Part shown: positions 26,141-40,105 of the stretch, one piece after another
How positions within the stretch are numbered: the first letter of the stretch is position 1
Layout of the letters: each line of letters begins with the position of its first letter
Origin: Octopus vulgaris
Lineage: Eukaryota
Direction of reading: 5' to 3'
Length of the DNA: 64,000 nt
Assembly: GCA_951406725.2 (NCBI GenBank)
Contig: OX597820.1
Coordinates: 36,766,001 to 36,830,000 of the forward strand
Position numbers and translations under genes: made by a program
Notes under the pieces: model-generated
Seen by the model: the letters and a program-made list of their open reading frames with translations, nothing else
Database searches by the model: none
What the model was told of the DNA's origin: nothing

Positions 26141-27253
26141 ATGGAAGAGAAACTGTGTAGGAGTGAAGTTCATGGTGAAAAACACTCTGATAATCTTTGT
26201 GTATCTAATCAAACAATGTACATTGAAAAGAAATCAAATCTCAGTGGTAACAATGGTAAAATATTTGCACAAAGAACTAACACCTCAAAACATAAGATAC
26301 TCAACACAAGCCCACTCCGTTACCAATGTGAAATTTGTGGTAAACGATTCCTAATAAAAAACTTTTTGTCTTTACATAAATGTATTCACACTTCAGATAA
26401 ACTATATCACTGTGACACCTGTGATAAAACATTCTCTGAGAGAAGTCAGTTAATTTGTCATATATGTTTCCACACTGGTGATGGATTATACAACTGTAAT
26501 ATTTGTGGTAAAACATTCTGTGCGAGAGGCAAATTAAATCGTCACAAACGGATTCACACAGGTGAGAAACCATATTACTGTGATATCTGTGGCAAAACAT
26601 TCTGTGGGAATAGTAATTTGACTAGTCATAAATGTGTTCATACAGGGAAGAAAGCATACCACTGTGATATTTGTGGTAAATCATTTTCTCACAATAGTGC
26701 TTTGACTTGTCATAAACGTATTCACACAGGAGAGAAACCATATCACTGTGATATCTGTGGTAAAACATTCTCGCATACTAGTGGTGTAACATGTCATAAA
26801 CGTATTCACACTGGTGAAAGACCATACCACTGTGATATTTGTAATAAAACATTCTCCCACAACAGTGGCTTAACATGTCACAAACGTATACACTCAGGTG
26901 AGAAACCATACCATTGTGATATCTGTGGGAAAAATTTCTTTCAAAGTGGTAAATTAACAATCCATAAACGTCTTCACACAGGTGAGAAACCCTATCACTG
27001 TGAAACCTGTGGTAAAACATTCTCACGACATGATAGCTTAAACATTCATCAACGTTTCCATACAGGTGAGAAACCATATCACTGTGATATCTGTGGGAAA
27101 ACATTCTCTCAGAATACTCATTTGACTAGTCACAAACGTATTCATACTGGTGAAAAGCCATACTGCTGTGATATTTGTGGCAAAACATTCTCTCATAGTG
27201 GAATTTTATCAAATCATAAACACATTCACACTAGACATAAAGCATGGCACTAA
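26141..27253 (+). CDS. C2H2 zinc-finger protein ZF3, 11 fingers, inverted cluster member
   Basis: 370-aa ORF starting MEEKLCR, 11 fingers, acceptor ttttatttcag ending at 25869. Confidence 0.95.
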   Translation: MEEKLCRSEVHGEKHSDNLCVSNQTMYIEKKSNLSGNNGKIFAQRTNTSKHKILNTSPLRYQCEICGKRFLIKNFLSLHKCIHTSDKLYHCDTCDKTFSERSQLICHICFHTGDGLYNCNICGKTFCARGKLNRHKRIHTGEKPYYCDICGKTFCGNSNLTSHKCVHTGKKAYHCDICGKSFSHNSALTCHKRIHTGEKPYHCDICGKTFSHTSGVTCHKRIHTGERPYHCDICNKTFSHNSGLTCHKRIHSGEKPYHCDICGKNFFQSGKLTIHKRLHTGEKPYHCETCGKTFSRHDSLNIHQRFHTGEKPYHCDICGKTFSQNTHLTSHKRIHTGEKPYCCDICGKTFSHSGILSNHKHIHTRHKAWH

Positions 27254-28359
27254 AATATATCCTATGGTAAACATTGTCTCAGAATGGTAATTTAGCAAAG
27301 ACCTGAACAGAAGATGAATCATAAAAGTTTGAACCAAAGAGAGAGCCTCTATGCAACAAAATTTCTTTTAAATCATACACTATTGTCTTTAAAAAAGATA
27401 TATTGAATGCTGTAATCTGAAATGAACTTTGTCTATAAGCAATAAACTTGTTTCACTTATTCAAACAATGTACTTAAATATTATTATTTTTGTCAGGTTG
27501 ATCATGATAATTAGGTAGAAGTGAGTGGTAAAGGTAAGAGGCTGTGTTCTACAACATGAATTACCCATCAATTAATGTTTTGCATTTCATATATTTATTA
27601 ATCAATCAATTATATTTACATATATACAATGTATAAATTGTAATAAAAGTATGTTTTGTGATATTTAAAGTTTTAAACTGCTTAAGATGAAAATAATATT
27701 TTAGTTGATACTGTTATGTATGATAACTGTACATAGTATAAACAGAGCAAGGCTTGTAATTATATGGAAAGATATTTGCATGTATATAAATATGTATGCC
27801 AGCATTACAACCCAAGTTTGATAACCTTTTGCTTGTTATTGCAAAAGAACAAGTAGAAGAAAGCGAGAGCATCTCTTATGGAACTGAGTAACAGAATTCT
27901 GTGTAGCACCAGAGGCTCAATATTCCAACTTTAAATAACATTGAGCAAAACTTTTAGAAATACAATTTGGCAGGAATTCACACAGTTGTCTTTAAAGTCC
28001 GCTGCCTTACTGGTTACATGCCTGCTGAAATTGGTTGGTTGAAAAAAATCCCTGTAGTCATTCATGCCTTTTAAGTTTTCAGAGCTGGGCATGCCTTTTA
28101 TGGAATTATATTAAGGGTCTGGTTTTAAACTGATAATCTGAACAAGATGGTCTGAATGTAGGCAGAATCCTCGCTACACATTGAATAAATTGAGATTGCA
28201 TTGTACTGACCGAGTCCATTTTGTGAACATTGGAACCATCATCAAACATGAATAAATTATATCACAAAACAAGCAACATATCCATGTCCTGTCTATTACA
28301 TTGGTTTTTCACACATCAAAACACTGCATGATAAATCATGTAAAATATATAATATACTC

Positions 28360-28733
28360 GTGACTGCGGCCATGCTGGAGCACTGCCTTTAGTCGAGCAA
28401 CTTGACCCCGGGACTTAATCTTTGTAAGCCCAGTACTTATTCTATCGGTCTCTTTTGCCGAACCGCTAAGTGACGGGGACATAAACACACCAGCATCGGT
28501 TGTCAAGCAATGCTAGGGGGACAAACACAGACACACAAACATACACGCACACATATATATATACATATATACGACAGGCTTCTTTCAGTTTCCGTCTACC
28601 AAATCCACTCACAAGGCTTTGGTCGGTCCGAGGCTATAGTAGAAGACACTTGCCCAAGATGCCACGCAGTGGGACTGAACCTGGAACCATGTGGTTGGTA
28701 AGCAAGCTACTTACCACACAGCCACTCCTGCAC
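28360..28733 (-). mobile_element. tRNA-derived SINE
   Basis: Near-identical to 8596-8987. Confidence 0.9.
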
Positions 28734-29695
28734 CTATATATATGCAAATCTGCATGTTAGTTGCTTCATATCATTCGGTTATAATCATGCTAGGCTTCAT
28801 GAGCCTGACAGCAGAAGACCAAGTTGTCAATAGAAGCAACAGAGGTTGCCTCAAAGTGGCAGTGGATTAGATGTGAACCCTGGGAGGGTTAGTACTAATA
28901 GGACAAAAGCTGGGGCTTGATCAACTCTGGCTGGTGGGTTTGATTGTTGAAAGACCTGAAACATCCAATGGTCTCTGGAAACGTCACTGATGATGTGTTC
29001 AAGTACATCAAAGGATAATGTAGGATAAAGTTAGTGGATTTTCTCTAATATCATCACCTTCATTGTTTTATTTTAACATTTAAAAGAAAAATTTTTTTTT
29101 TTTCATGTTTAAAACTGTTGGACAATAAAACAAACTGTCCATTTCAAACCAATTGTATATGTTGCTTAGCAGACCAGATGTCAGTACTTCCTTCCATAGT
29201 CTGTCAACTCATGACTCCTTTTGATCACCCTACATAACCATAATTGATTAAGAACTTTACTTTCTTACTATATCATTCTTTGTTTGATCCTACTATGTGG
29301 CACGTAATGCAGGTATCTCCTACCAGTTTCAGGTTAACCATGAAACCTGTCAGATGACCTAAGTAGCAAATGTCAAGTTGAGATGTTGGTGATTCATGCA
29401 GTTGTAATATTTATTCTCAACTTCCTAAAATAGTTGATTTATATATAATTGTTGCTGTATTGATTTCTGTAAAAATATAAACTTCACTACTTGGAACCAT
29501 TTTTACAGTTCGTTCTGTTGGAGTTGAACTTTTGTGAACATTGTTCCAGAAGCCTCTAAGACATTGTGATTTAGAATTAGCGTCAAAGTAATCTTTAACC
29601 TGGCCTAAACTATGAATTTGTAGTTTTGAAAAACATTACTGTTTGAAAATGTGTAGTGGTTACATTTTCCACTGATTTGGAATGAATGAACTTAA

Positions 29696-29916
29696 CCCTT
29701 TTGATACCAAAACATCTGAAACTGTCTTTGGTTCTGTGATACCAATTTCCCTGCTTGAAAGTGATCTAAATTAAATCTTTTCAAAATTTCATGTTAATTC
29801 AAGTTCCAAACACCTGTTTAATGATAACAAAAGTTATTTGACAAATTTTTTTGTTAATTTCAAAATTCTTTATAAGAAAGGCAGTGAATTTCACCAAAAA
29901 TATGGTAATGAAAAGG
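29696..29916. mobile_element. piggyBac-like MITE
   Basis: TTAA|cccttttgatacca...tggtaatgaaaagg|TTAA; second copy at 39880-40105. Confidence 0.7.
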
Positions 29917-30869
29917 TTAAGATCTAGTCTGGTTATATTTTACTGACACAATTCATCAGTGGTTTTACATTAGAAAATCCATTTTAATCAGTTATTTCTA
30001 CAGAATATAAATGCATATTTTGATGTAAGAGTTAACCTAAATCTTGTCCTTCAGAGAATTTAATCATTGTAAATATAAAGTACCAAACAAGTAGTGTGAA
30101 ACAATTGTTATACTGAGTAAATAAAAATGTGGTTTTTTCCATGTGATTATGTTCGTATATGCCATGGCCAACCCTCAAACTTCTTTTTGTTAATTAAATC
30201 TCTGATAAAATTGTGTTGGTGGCACATTTATGGTTTATAGTTCTTTACTATGTACTTGATCTGCTAATGGTAGTCTATCAGTTTCACGGTTAGGCTGTTG
30301 GTTACTTAACTGGCAATACCACTGGGGCTTTACCCTAGTTTATGGAGGCTGGATGAACACTGACAGCACAAAAAACATTATCTGTTTGCAAGAATAGACA
30401 AACTTAATGATTGTTTTCATTCATTAAATTTTTTAATGGAGGCCTCATTAAAGTTTTTTGATCTAGCATTTCTGAATCTTGGTTCTCTATGTCAGATATA
30501 TAGGCTTGCCTTTCCTTTGACCTAAAGGCATGGGTGAGAGAACCCTTATTGATAAATGCAAAGACCATCCAAAGTAACTTAAATCAGTCCTGGCTTTACT
30601 TTTGTTCTTTTTTTCTTTGCATTGTTGAAGGCAACAGACACATTCCACAATTAATATTCTATAAAAAGATTTTTCTAAAAGTATTATTTCATATTAAATG
30701 TAACCACAAGTAAAATGAATCATCTGGGATGTTTAAGTGAAGTTTTAAAAAGGAACATCACATACATAACTTAATGAGCATAATATTAAATGATCAATGC
30801 ATCCAAATCTAACCTGAAACACCAACGGGCAGGGGAATAAAATTGCAAAAATATTATTCATTCAGCCCC

Positions 30870-31260
30870 CACCACCATGTGAAAAGTAGTAACAAATATA
30901 AAGGCATGTAACTTTTTTGCTTGTGAGAACATGGAAGACTGGTGTTGAAAAAATCTGGTTACCAAAATGTGGTAAATGGAGCAGCCAGCTGAGCCAAAAT
31001 GGTAAGCTATGGGTATGTAATGGTGGATACTATGAGACACACACACAAACGATCTAAATGCTGTCCTGTTTTGTCTGTATAGTGCATTGCAAAGTCTGCA
31101 TGTAATGCAGTAGATAAGGTTGGTTAAAATTTTGAGTGACATCATTCTGGGATTTTAGATTGTTTAAAGGTGTATTGTTGGGGTGAAGTTATAGAAGTGG
31201 CATCTGTGATGAGAGCATCTGGTTAGGGGGCGAGGATGTTTCTAATCAGCAGGTTATAGA
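30870..31260 (-). mobile_element. Degenerate Penelope-like GIY-YIG fragment
   Basis: NLIYCITCRLCNALY followed by a frameshifted KTG motif, and PIAYHF. Confidence 0.55.
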
Positions 31261-31534
31261 GATTCCATTTCATTCTGATGGATAATAATAAAAATAAGAC
31301 TGGGAAGATTGTTTTAGAAAGACATAAATATTACAATACGATATTTAATATTACAAAATATTCTTTAATAATTCAATTAACAAAACAATAGTATATAAAC
31401 ATGGTTTTCAAATATTTTGCATAATGTTTATAACATTACATAAACTGTCACACAGAAATTCCATTACAAAGTAATCATATATACAATTTCTTTTTAAATA
31501 ATTCTATTGTTTTACCAATTGACTTCCTTTGGGA

Positions 31535-32686
31535 TCATAGTACCATTTTTAGAAAATGCTTCTTCACAGACATGGCGCTGGATGTGTTGCCTGTGTGAAC
31601 AGGTCTGTGACGTGTTAAACTCTGCTTATCAACATATGTTTTACCACAAATATCACAATTGTATGGTCTCTCACCTGTGTGACCACGTACATGAAGTGTC
31701 AAATGACTGCTTTGAGAAAATGTTTTACCACAGATATCACAGTGGTATGGTTTCTCGCCTGTATGAATGCGTAAATGTTGAGTTAAATGAGCATTCTGAG
31801 AGAATGTTTTATCACAAATATCACAGTGATATGGTTTCTCACCTGTGTGTGTGCGTATATGTCTAGTCAATCCAGTTCTGTCAAAGAAGGTTTTCTCACA
31901 AATATCACAGTAAAATGGTTTATCTCCTGTATGAACCTGTTTGTGAATAGTTAAAGTTTGACAAGCAGAGAAAGTTTTTCCACAGATATCACAGTCATAT
32001 GGTTTCTCACTTGTGTGAATACGTTTGTGATGAGTCATGTTACCTCTTTGAGAAAATGCTTTTCCACAGACATCACAGCTGTACGGCTTTTCACTTGTGT
32101 GAATGGATATGTGTCTATTCAAATAAGAACTTCCAGAAAATGTTTTAGCACAAATACCACACTGATATGGTTTTTCTCCTGTGTGAGTTCGTTTATGAAT
32201 AGTTAATTTATGACTTTGAGAATATTTTTTACCACAGATATCACAGCGATATGGTTTCTCACCCGAGTGAGAATATTTGTGTGTAGTCAAATGAGCTTGC
32301 TGAGAGAATGCTCTCCCACAAATATCACAGTGATATGGTTTTTCACCTGTATGAATACGTTTATGCTTAGTTAAATTACCGCTGTCAGAAAAGGCTTTGT
32401 CACAGATTATGCATTGATAAACTTTCTTATCCTTCTGAACATTTTTATGCAAAGATAAAGAACTGGTTTTAGCAATTGTTTTACTATAAATTTTTAAATA
32501 TTTAAGCTTTGAGCTTTTATGAAGCAATTTTTGCTTAAATAAGGTATCAGATTGTGTGAATGTTTTCATATCATTGTCAAAGTAATCTGATATCTTCTCT
32601 GTATCTTCATATGTCTGATAAGATATGTCACTAGATTCAGACTGTGTCTGATCACAAGCCTGACTCTCACACAGTTTATTCTCCAT
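31535..32686 (-). CDS. C2H2 zinc-finger protein ZF4, 10 fingers, frameshifted tail
   Basis: 383-aa ORF starting MENKLCE with 10 fingers. A remnant of an 11th finger lies in another frame. Confidence 0.93.
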   Translation of the reverse strand: MENKLCESQACDQTQSESSDISYQTYEDTEKISDYFDNDMKTFTQSDTLFKQKLLHKSSKLKYLKIYSKTIAKTSSLSLHKNVQKDKKVYQCIICDKAFSDSGNLTKHKRIHTGEKPYHCDICGRAFSQQAHLTTHKYSHSGEKPYRCDICGKKYSQSHKLTIHKRTHTGEKPYQCGICAKTFSGSSYLNRHISIHTSEKPYSCDVCGKAFSQRGNMTHHKRIHTSEKPYDCDICGKTFSACQTLTIHKQVHTGDKPFYCDICEKTFFDRTGLTRHIRTHTGEKPYHCDICDKTFSQNAHLTQHLRIHTGEKPYHCDICGKTFSQSSHLTLHVRGHTGERPYNCDICGKTYVDKQSLTRHRPVHTGNTSSAMSVKKHFLKMVL

Positions 32687-35560
32687 AATTACTATACAAA
32701 TATTCTAAAATATTCTGTAATTGTCAAATACCTCCATGGAGAATACTGAAGTGCTTGAATCCACTTAATAAATATTGAAGTTGCAATGTATTTTCTTTTG
32801 AACTAAAAAGTGATATCTGATAAAGACTGATGATGTCTCAATCATAAAGTTTCAAGATATTTTATTAGGACTGTTTCTGTGTTTTTTTCTTCTTCAATTT
32901 TGGAATTAAAAACCAGTAAGTAAACTGACCCCAGTTTTCAATAAACGCCCAGACACAAAAGAAATTACACATAAACCAAGATAGATATTATGTTATCATG
33001 TCTATATTATCTCTTTATAACCATAATATAAACTTCACAGAAACCTAATCAAGGTCATAAAGAATAGTTGAGTTTTTTGATAACGTCTGTCTTCTATTTT
33101 CAAAGTCTGACAAAGTCCTTGATAAATCTTGAATCAGCAATTACCATCTCAATGTCACCATAAATCCTGAAATAAAGAATATAAGGTAAAAAGGACAATG
33201 AAAAAGTAACACAAAGTTTATTCGAGAAGAGGTATTTGATCTCAGACATTGTGTGAGATGTTGGAATAATAAAGAAAAATGAGAAAATAGTTACAGGATG
33301 ACTATGTAGTGTGTAGGTGAGTCTGTAGGAAAACATGATAAATTTCTCTTTTTCCTTGAACACAAGTTAGTTGTTTGGACAGATGCTAACCAGGTAGGGT
33401 TGCATTGTACACATTCAAACAACTTCCACCCAAGGCTAGAATGTGCCTTCAAACAGAAAGTTAATTCAGTCGCTGTTAATACGTTGCACAGTTAACCACA
33501 TCATTTGAAGCTTCTCATTCTATCAGCCTCATCCAGAACATGGAAGGTAACCAGTTCGCTTTCCTGGTTATTATATTCATTGGATCGATAAGTTATTCTG
33601 AGCAATTCTGACTCTTCATACCTAATTTTTCTCTTGACATTCAAGTTGTATGCTGCGATGAGTTTATATCAATTTATCCGGCTTGCAGAATTTAGTCTCT
33701 TCAGTAGTACTAGCGTCTGTACTATGAAATTTATATCCAACTTCATCTTAAAGGCAGTTGAACTCATGTAAATATGTAGTAAGTGAAACCAAATCTATTT
33801 ATGTCTTCCATTATATTCTTGTTAGACTGAGGTCTAAACATTATGATTTGTACAAAATAAAAGTTCCTGTTACACACAATTGTTCAGCATTCTAAAAGTG
33901 TGTAAAATAAATTGTTTTATTAGACCATAAAAAGAAATTATTGCCTTCTGATTCTTTCTGCACACAGTTGACTTTCTTCATTATGATATTCTTGAATGAA
34001 ACTAATGTTTGTACTAATCGAATTTATCATGGTTATTTGAATGTATATTCTGATAACCTTTGCATATTGACTTACAAGGTGTTTAATAACTTTCTGTAAC
34101 GCGTCATATTACTGACTATCATATCTTTTGCAAAAAGTCATTCAGAGTGGAGATAATGATGGGATACATAGACGTAGAAAGAACAGAAGCGAGACTGTGT
34201 ACGAATAGATAAGTCAAAGATGTTATCTGCATAGTAAGTAATAATTTAGCTAAAGTTTGCATATTTCATGAAAAAAAAACCATCCATTTCCAAAACGTCA
34301 AGCAAAATCCAATTATTAAAAATTCCCTAGCATGCTAGATATAGCAACTGTAAAGTTCTTTGCAGCTCTAAAACATTTTGTCTCCCTCATTATTACAACA
34401 ACAATACATTTGTAATTAAATGCTACAATTTACATAATGTAACTTCTCATTGTCATTCTAGCATTACTACAGCTTGATGTCTCCCCCTATGCTTTTCTTT
34501 TCCTTATAATAGAAAAAAAAAAAAAAAAAGGAGGAGTGTTTATTGGACATGTCCACTACAGACTGCTAAATGTTTGGGGTGGGGGAGAACATACTCAGAA
34601 TAAAACAGCAGTTATATTTTCCTATCATGAGCGCTTCCGGCCACTGTGTCTGAAGACTCGCCAATACTGTCAAGCGCAACAATTGACATGTAACATTCTG
34701 ACCATAAACAGAAATATAGGGCTCGACGATATAAATACAAGTTTGCTGAGCCGATTAGTTCGGTTTGCATAAACAGTGCTTCTTTGATAGTAGTGTGTCG
34801 ATGTTGAAAGGCAAAGGAAAAAGACAGAAGAGTTGCGACATTAGAACAATTTGAAACTAATACTTGAAAAATCTATGATGGATTTTATGATATAGTTTAC
34901 GAGTATGACAGTAACTATGCAGTACGATTTAAAATATGTGATTGCTAAAAGATGAGCAAATCTTAAAATAATTTTCACTTGATTTATATGATTAACACGT
35001 CTAATTAGAAATTACACGAGAAGGTACAATCAACGGTTGGGTGTAAATATATTTAATATTTCCACCGCATTTTGATTTAATTATATCTTGTTAAAATACA
35101 ATAATTAAGCATGAACACAAGATGAACCTATATATCTATGTACACACACGAGAACTCGATGAACTAGAAAATTTCCCTAGATGTCAGAAATAAAGGCTGA
35201 CAAAAACTGATTTGGCTGAATTAACACTCGGTTGACAACGAGAGAAAAAACAAGGAGAACGTCGTGATAACATGTGATAATTAATAAACAAATACTGGAA
35301 GTTACCATGTTTAATGTCGGCTAAACATTTCTAAAAGTAAATAGATAATAGAGATTAAACATAAAAGCAAAATAACACGTAACCATTAATACATATGATG
35401 AGTTGTTACCATTAGAAATACTAAAACCTTACATTCAATAAAGTTTTCTTTCTGTCTTTTCTCAAAATTTGGTACAAATAATACAGGGATGAACAGACCT
35501 ACAGACATTAACTGTTGTGCGACAAAATTTGGACACACTTCCGTAGTTTTAAGCAGCTAT

Positions 35561-35583
35561 CTATCAGCCGTATTTTCGTAAAA
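35561..35583 (-). promoter_or_regulatory. Conserved upstream motif of ZF4
   Basis: ctatcagccgtattttcgtaaaa. Confidence 0.7.
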
Positions 35584-35789
35584 GGATTTCTCTTTCAATA
35601 ACTATTTGCTGGCATAAAACATGCGCTTTCCTTTCCAATTTTTAAATGTATGAAAAAAGTTGTCCTGCATCTTATGCGCCCCTATTACGGTTGGAAGACT
35701 GAATGTCCTAGGCTAGGGATCCGGATAAGTATATGTTTGTTTCGTTCAATAACGTAGAAGATTCGGTAAAATTTGGGAAATACACCCAC

Positions 35790-36700
35790 ACGCGTTCCAC
35801 TAAGAAAAAAAATAACTGCGGATTTTTTGCGTGGAAACAAGGGTAATATTTGATTCTTTCACTCGCACGATTTTCACTAAGAAAAAAAATACTCGGATTT
35901 TTTGCATGGAATCAAGTACCTTGACCTCCTAATAAGCTACAAACTCCTTGTTTTTGTTCGGAAAAGTGGGGATGGAGAACCGCCCCCAGCATATCCCGGA
36001 GTCATTAGAATTTTTTTTTTTCCGTTGAATGAATCCGGTGATCGGATCTTTTCCTTTTGAACGGCACAGGTCAACACAATTTCTAGTTAACTAAACACTT
36101 TAAAACTTCGTATACTGGTAGTTTTAGACGCAGCAAATGATTTTAGCTCACTAGAGGCAATTCATTGGTTAAAATTCGAAAAATTAAACTATGTTAAACA
36201 AGCAAATTATAATTTTCTCAAGAAAGCCAAGAGGAAAAAATGTTTTATTTTGACACATTCTACCAGTATACGAAGTTTTAAAGTGTTTAGTTAACTAGAA
36301 ATTGTATTGACATGTGCCGTTCAAAAGGAAAAGATCCCGGTGATCTCCTAGTATGCTACAAAACCCATTTTTGGGTCGGGAAAATGGGGTTAGGTGAGGT
36401 GGGAGCCTCGGAAATTTCACTCCCCACTCCCATTGATCTTTCTATCTGCACGATTTTCACTAAGAAAAAAAACTCAGATTTTTTGCATGGAATCAAGTAC
36501 CCTGACCTCATAATATGCTGCAAACCCCTTATTTTTGTTCGGAAAAAAGAGGTGGGTGGGAAACCGGATCTCACCCTCTATCCCGAAATCATTGGAATTT
36601 TTTTTACATTGAATTTATTCAGGTGACCTAATATGTTAGAAAACCCTTTTTTTGGGTCCGGAAAACGGGGTGGGTGGAACCCTCGGAAATTTCACCCCCA
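35790..36700. repeat. Unclassified internally repetitive element
   Basis: cacgattttcactaagaaaaaaa..ggattttttgcatggaatcaagtacc repeated at about 35795, 35866 and 36449. Confidence 0.7.
36044..36337. mobile_element. MITE with 78-bp TIRs
   Basis: 36044-36121 and 36260-36337 are inverted with 2 mismatches; 8-bp TSD cggtgatc. Confidence 0.9.
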
Positions 36701-39700
36701 TTTTCAAATATTTTTTGCTATTTCTTTCTCTGCCCATAATTTTAGATAGCATTTAGCAGAAATATGTTTTCGAGAGAGTGTGGATTACGTTAGATTGAAA
36801 ATTCAAAGAAGTTTGAAATGAATAAGTAAAGATGTAGAGGTTAGAGAAGTTAGTTGTAACGAAGTGTGGAGAGGTAGACAATAAATTCATCTTTAAAAAA
36901 AAACACGTTAGAGTTTTTGCATATATGAGTGAAATGAAGTAAAATATTAACAAAATATCTTTTTCCTACCTCTTAAAATCACTGGATAAAATATATATAA
37001 TCCCGAATAGATTTTCCTGGCTTGCCACTCCTCAGTCAAACCGATCAACACATGCCAGAATGGAAAGCAGACGTTAAACAATAATGGTGATGATGATCAT
37101 ATATATAATTATGATAGATTGTTACCTATTCAATGTTTAGGTAAATAAACTTCGTCACCCACTCATTCTCTCTCTCTCTCTCTCTCTCCACACTGCAGTT
37201 TGTGCCATATAAAAAGCATCCAGTACACTCTGAAGTCGTTATGTTAGGAAGGGCATCCAACCATAGAAATCATGCCAAAACAGACAGCAGAGCTTGGGTA
37301 GTCTTCTGACTTGCCTGTTCCTGTCAAACCATCATATTCTTGCCAGCATGGAAAACAGATGTTTGATGATAGTGGTAGTGGTGATGTAATGATATTGATG
37401 ATGATGATGGATGGTTTCATACTTTATTCGAGTATACTGTCACAACATCATATTTACATCCATACTTTACACTTAGTACACTGTATGAAATTTTTACTGG
37501 CTCCTTTAATTCCCATCAAGCCTGGTAGGCTCCTTCTATCTTGGTGGTTGTAGAATCCTGTTTTCTAAAATCTTAAGTTTTTGTTAAGTTTACTTTGAGG
37601 CCAATTGATTCTGAGTTTTGCTTCTATCTCTGGCATTCCTTCTTTAAATTTATGGCAGATTCAGCTATATGAATTAAGTTAACATATACAGTTCCTACAG
37701 AGACTATCTTAAACTTCTCTGTTTACAACCTTAAAAGACTAAGTAAATAAGAGGTAGGGTGAGGAGTAAACCTTAGTAGACCTCTACTCACATGTTAAGT
37801 TTGTCATTGTACTCATAACTCTCATCTTGCTGACGTCACTTCTCTATATAGGTTTCATGGTGATCACAAGCCATTCATCTACTTGTAGCAAGCATCTGCC
37901 TCAACTTGAGTTCAAACTACTTATTCTTCAATTAGAAGAAGATTTATGTAAGTGGAAACAGAATTTTTCAAATTGTGTGATGAAGTTTTAAAAAAACTTA
38001 TGATGGTCAATAACTACACATCAAATTTACTGACTGACATCAGCAAAAATACTAACAATCTGTTGATTGAAAATCCATCAAGCTTTGATTTAGCTGAGTT
38101 TTTATATGAAGAGAGGAATGACAGATAGTCAGATGGTTTCTCAGTTACAGACAGACAAGAGAGAAACAAACTCAGTTATGTATCCCATCAGAGGTTATTG
38201 ACCATTGGACAATGTAAACGACTGTAATTGCTACTCATCTAAAAAATGGTAGGAGACACATGCATTCATATCTACATATAAATAAGCTACCCAACTAAAT
38301 CCCTAACATGAGCAGAACATTGTCTTACAGAATCAGGTTACAACATAATTCACATTTGCCAATGGTGTCTGTATTTCTTTTCCTTGAACCCATCATTTCC
38401 ACCTTTAACAATAAAACAATTCATGACTTAAAAATGACAGATTACTCTTATTTTTCTTTCGATATTGTTATTGTTTACTACTCCTAGTTCCCTTAGCAAA
38501 ATCCAGATTACAGAAAGTGGAACCTTGTCAAAGAACTTATCCAGGTCATTGTATGGTAGGTACGAGGGCTTACTCCTTGCTAAGTAATTTTTCTGTTATT
38601 GTCTCATTAGGCAGAGATTTTTGGTAATACCTTTTGTAGCTGAAACCTAAACCATGTAGGTTAATTCTGTTCCAATGGATTGCATTAGCTGGGTCATCAC
38701 ATCATATATGTGGACACAGTTTATACAGAACTTTTTGGATGCGTACAGTTTATACAAATTCACATGAATGGATACACACACAGGTTACTAATCTGTAAAT
38801 CTTATCTGTAATATCATTCTGCTAGGGATGATGTATGTTTTGTTTAACTATGAAATAAAATCAAAGACAATCTACTATGCCCACAAAAATTTATATTTCT
38901 ACTAAACTATGGAACAAAATCAATGAGGTGGCCAATACTGTTATAAACAGCATTTAAATTATTTGCAAATTATTTCAATGTGAAATAAATACATACATAC
39001 ATAAATATATATGTATGTGTCAAGTGTGCGTGTATGTGCAAGGTTTTTTTAAGAATTCACTGTAGGACAGCTGCTATACTTCATTCAAGGGGAGTGTATG
39101 TTCAAGTCCAGTCTTATGCCCTTTTTTGATATGAAAGGAAAGATGTACAATATATCAAAATTTTATTAAAGCATTATCAACATAGTCATACAATAGTAGA
39201 ATTAACATCTTTAATTTCATTGCATAGTTACACAGTTAAGATTATTTAAAGTGTTTGATTATTATTTCTTAATCATTTTAGTCATAATGGAAAGATAAAG
39301 AGAAGTGAACTAATATTTTTAACAGAATACTATATATAACACTTCCTAGAGTATATTTACTCAGGATGTAAAGATAAAAATAAGAAATTAGAAGAAAGAT
39401 AAATTGAGATGGGTATAACAAATATAATTTTCAAAGATGATTTATACTTTTTTTAAAAATGACTTTGAAACTTTACTCTACCTCAAGAAACAAACATCAC
39501 AGCAACAAATGCAGTTTCAAAAGAAATTATACACTTCATGGGTCTCTGTAAACTTCAGTCTTTCAGTTTTCAAACAAAACTGTGGGACTTCCATGGATGT
39601 TGCTAGTTTGCTAAAACCTGCATGCTTATGCAGTTACTAATTGTTGATACCGCAGCCATCACTACATACTAATAAGGCCACTGATCCTTAGATCACCCCC

Positions 39701-39879
39701 TACCCAACCTAAACAATGAATTAGATTATCAACATATAGGGACATCATATATTGTAACCATATCTGAAGTCTGTCATTGACAATAATAAACCTTGATGAA
39801 TGCCTACATATACACTATATTCTGTATCTTTCAAGTATCAAAATTTTAGTTAGTCATGGCTCTCCTCATAATTTATATC

Positions 39880-40105
39880 TTAACTCTTTTGACACCAACC
39901 TACCTGAGGCTGCCCCTGGTTCCATGATTCAAACTTTATGTTTTAAAGTGATCTAAATTAAAACTTTCCATAGAAATTTCATATTAATTTGTTTCAAACA
40001 CCAGCTTAATAATGACAAAGTTATTTTACTATTTTTTTTATTTTCAAAATCAACTGAAACAAAGACAATGTATTTCAACAGAAATATATAATAACAAAAA
40101 TTTTA
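39880..40105. mobile_element. piggyBac-like MITE, second copy
   Basis: Homologous to 29696-29916. Confidence 0.65.
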
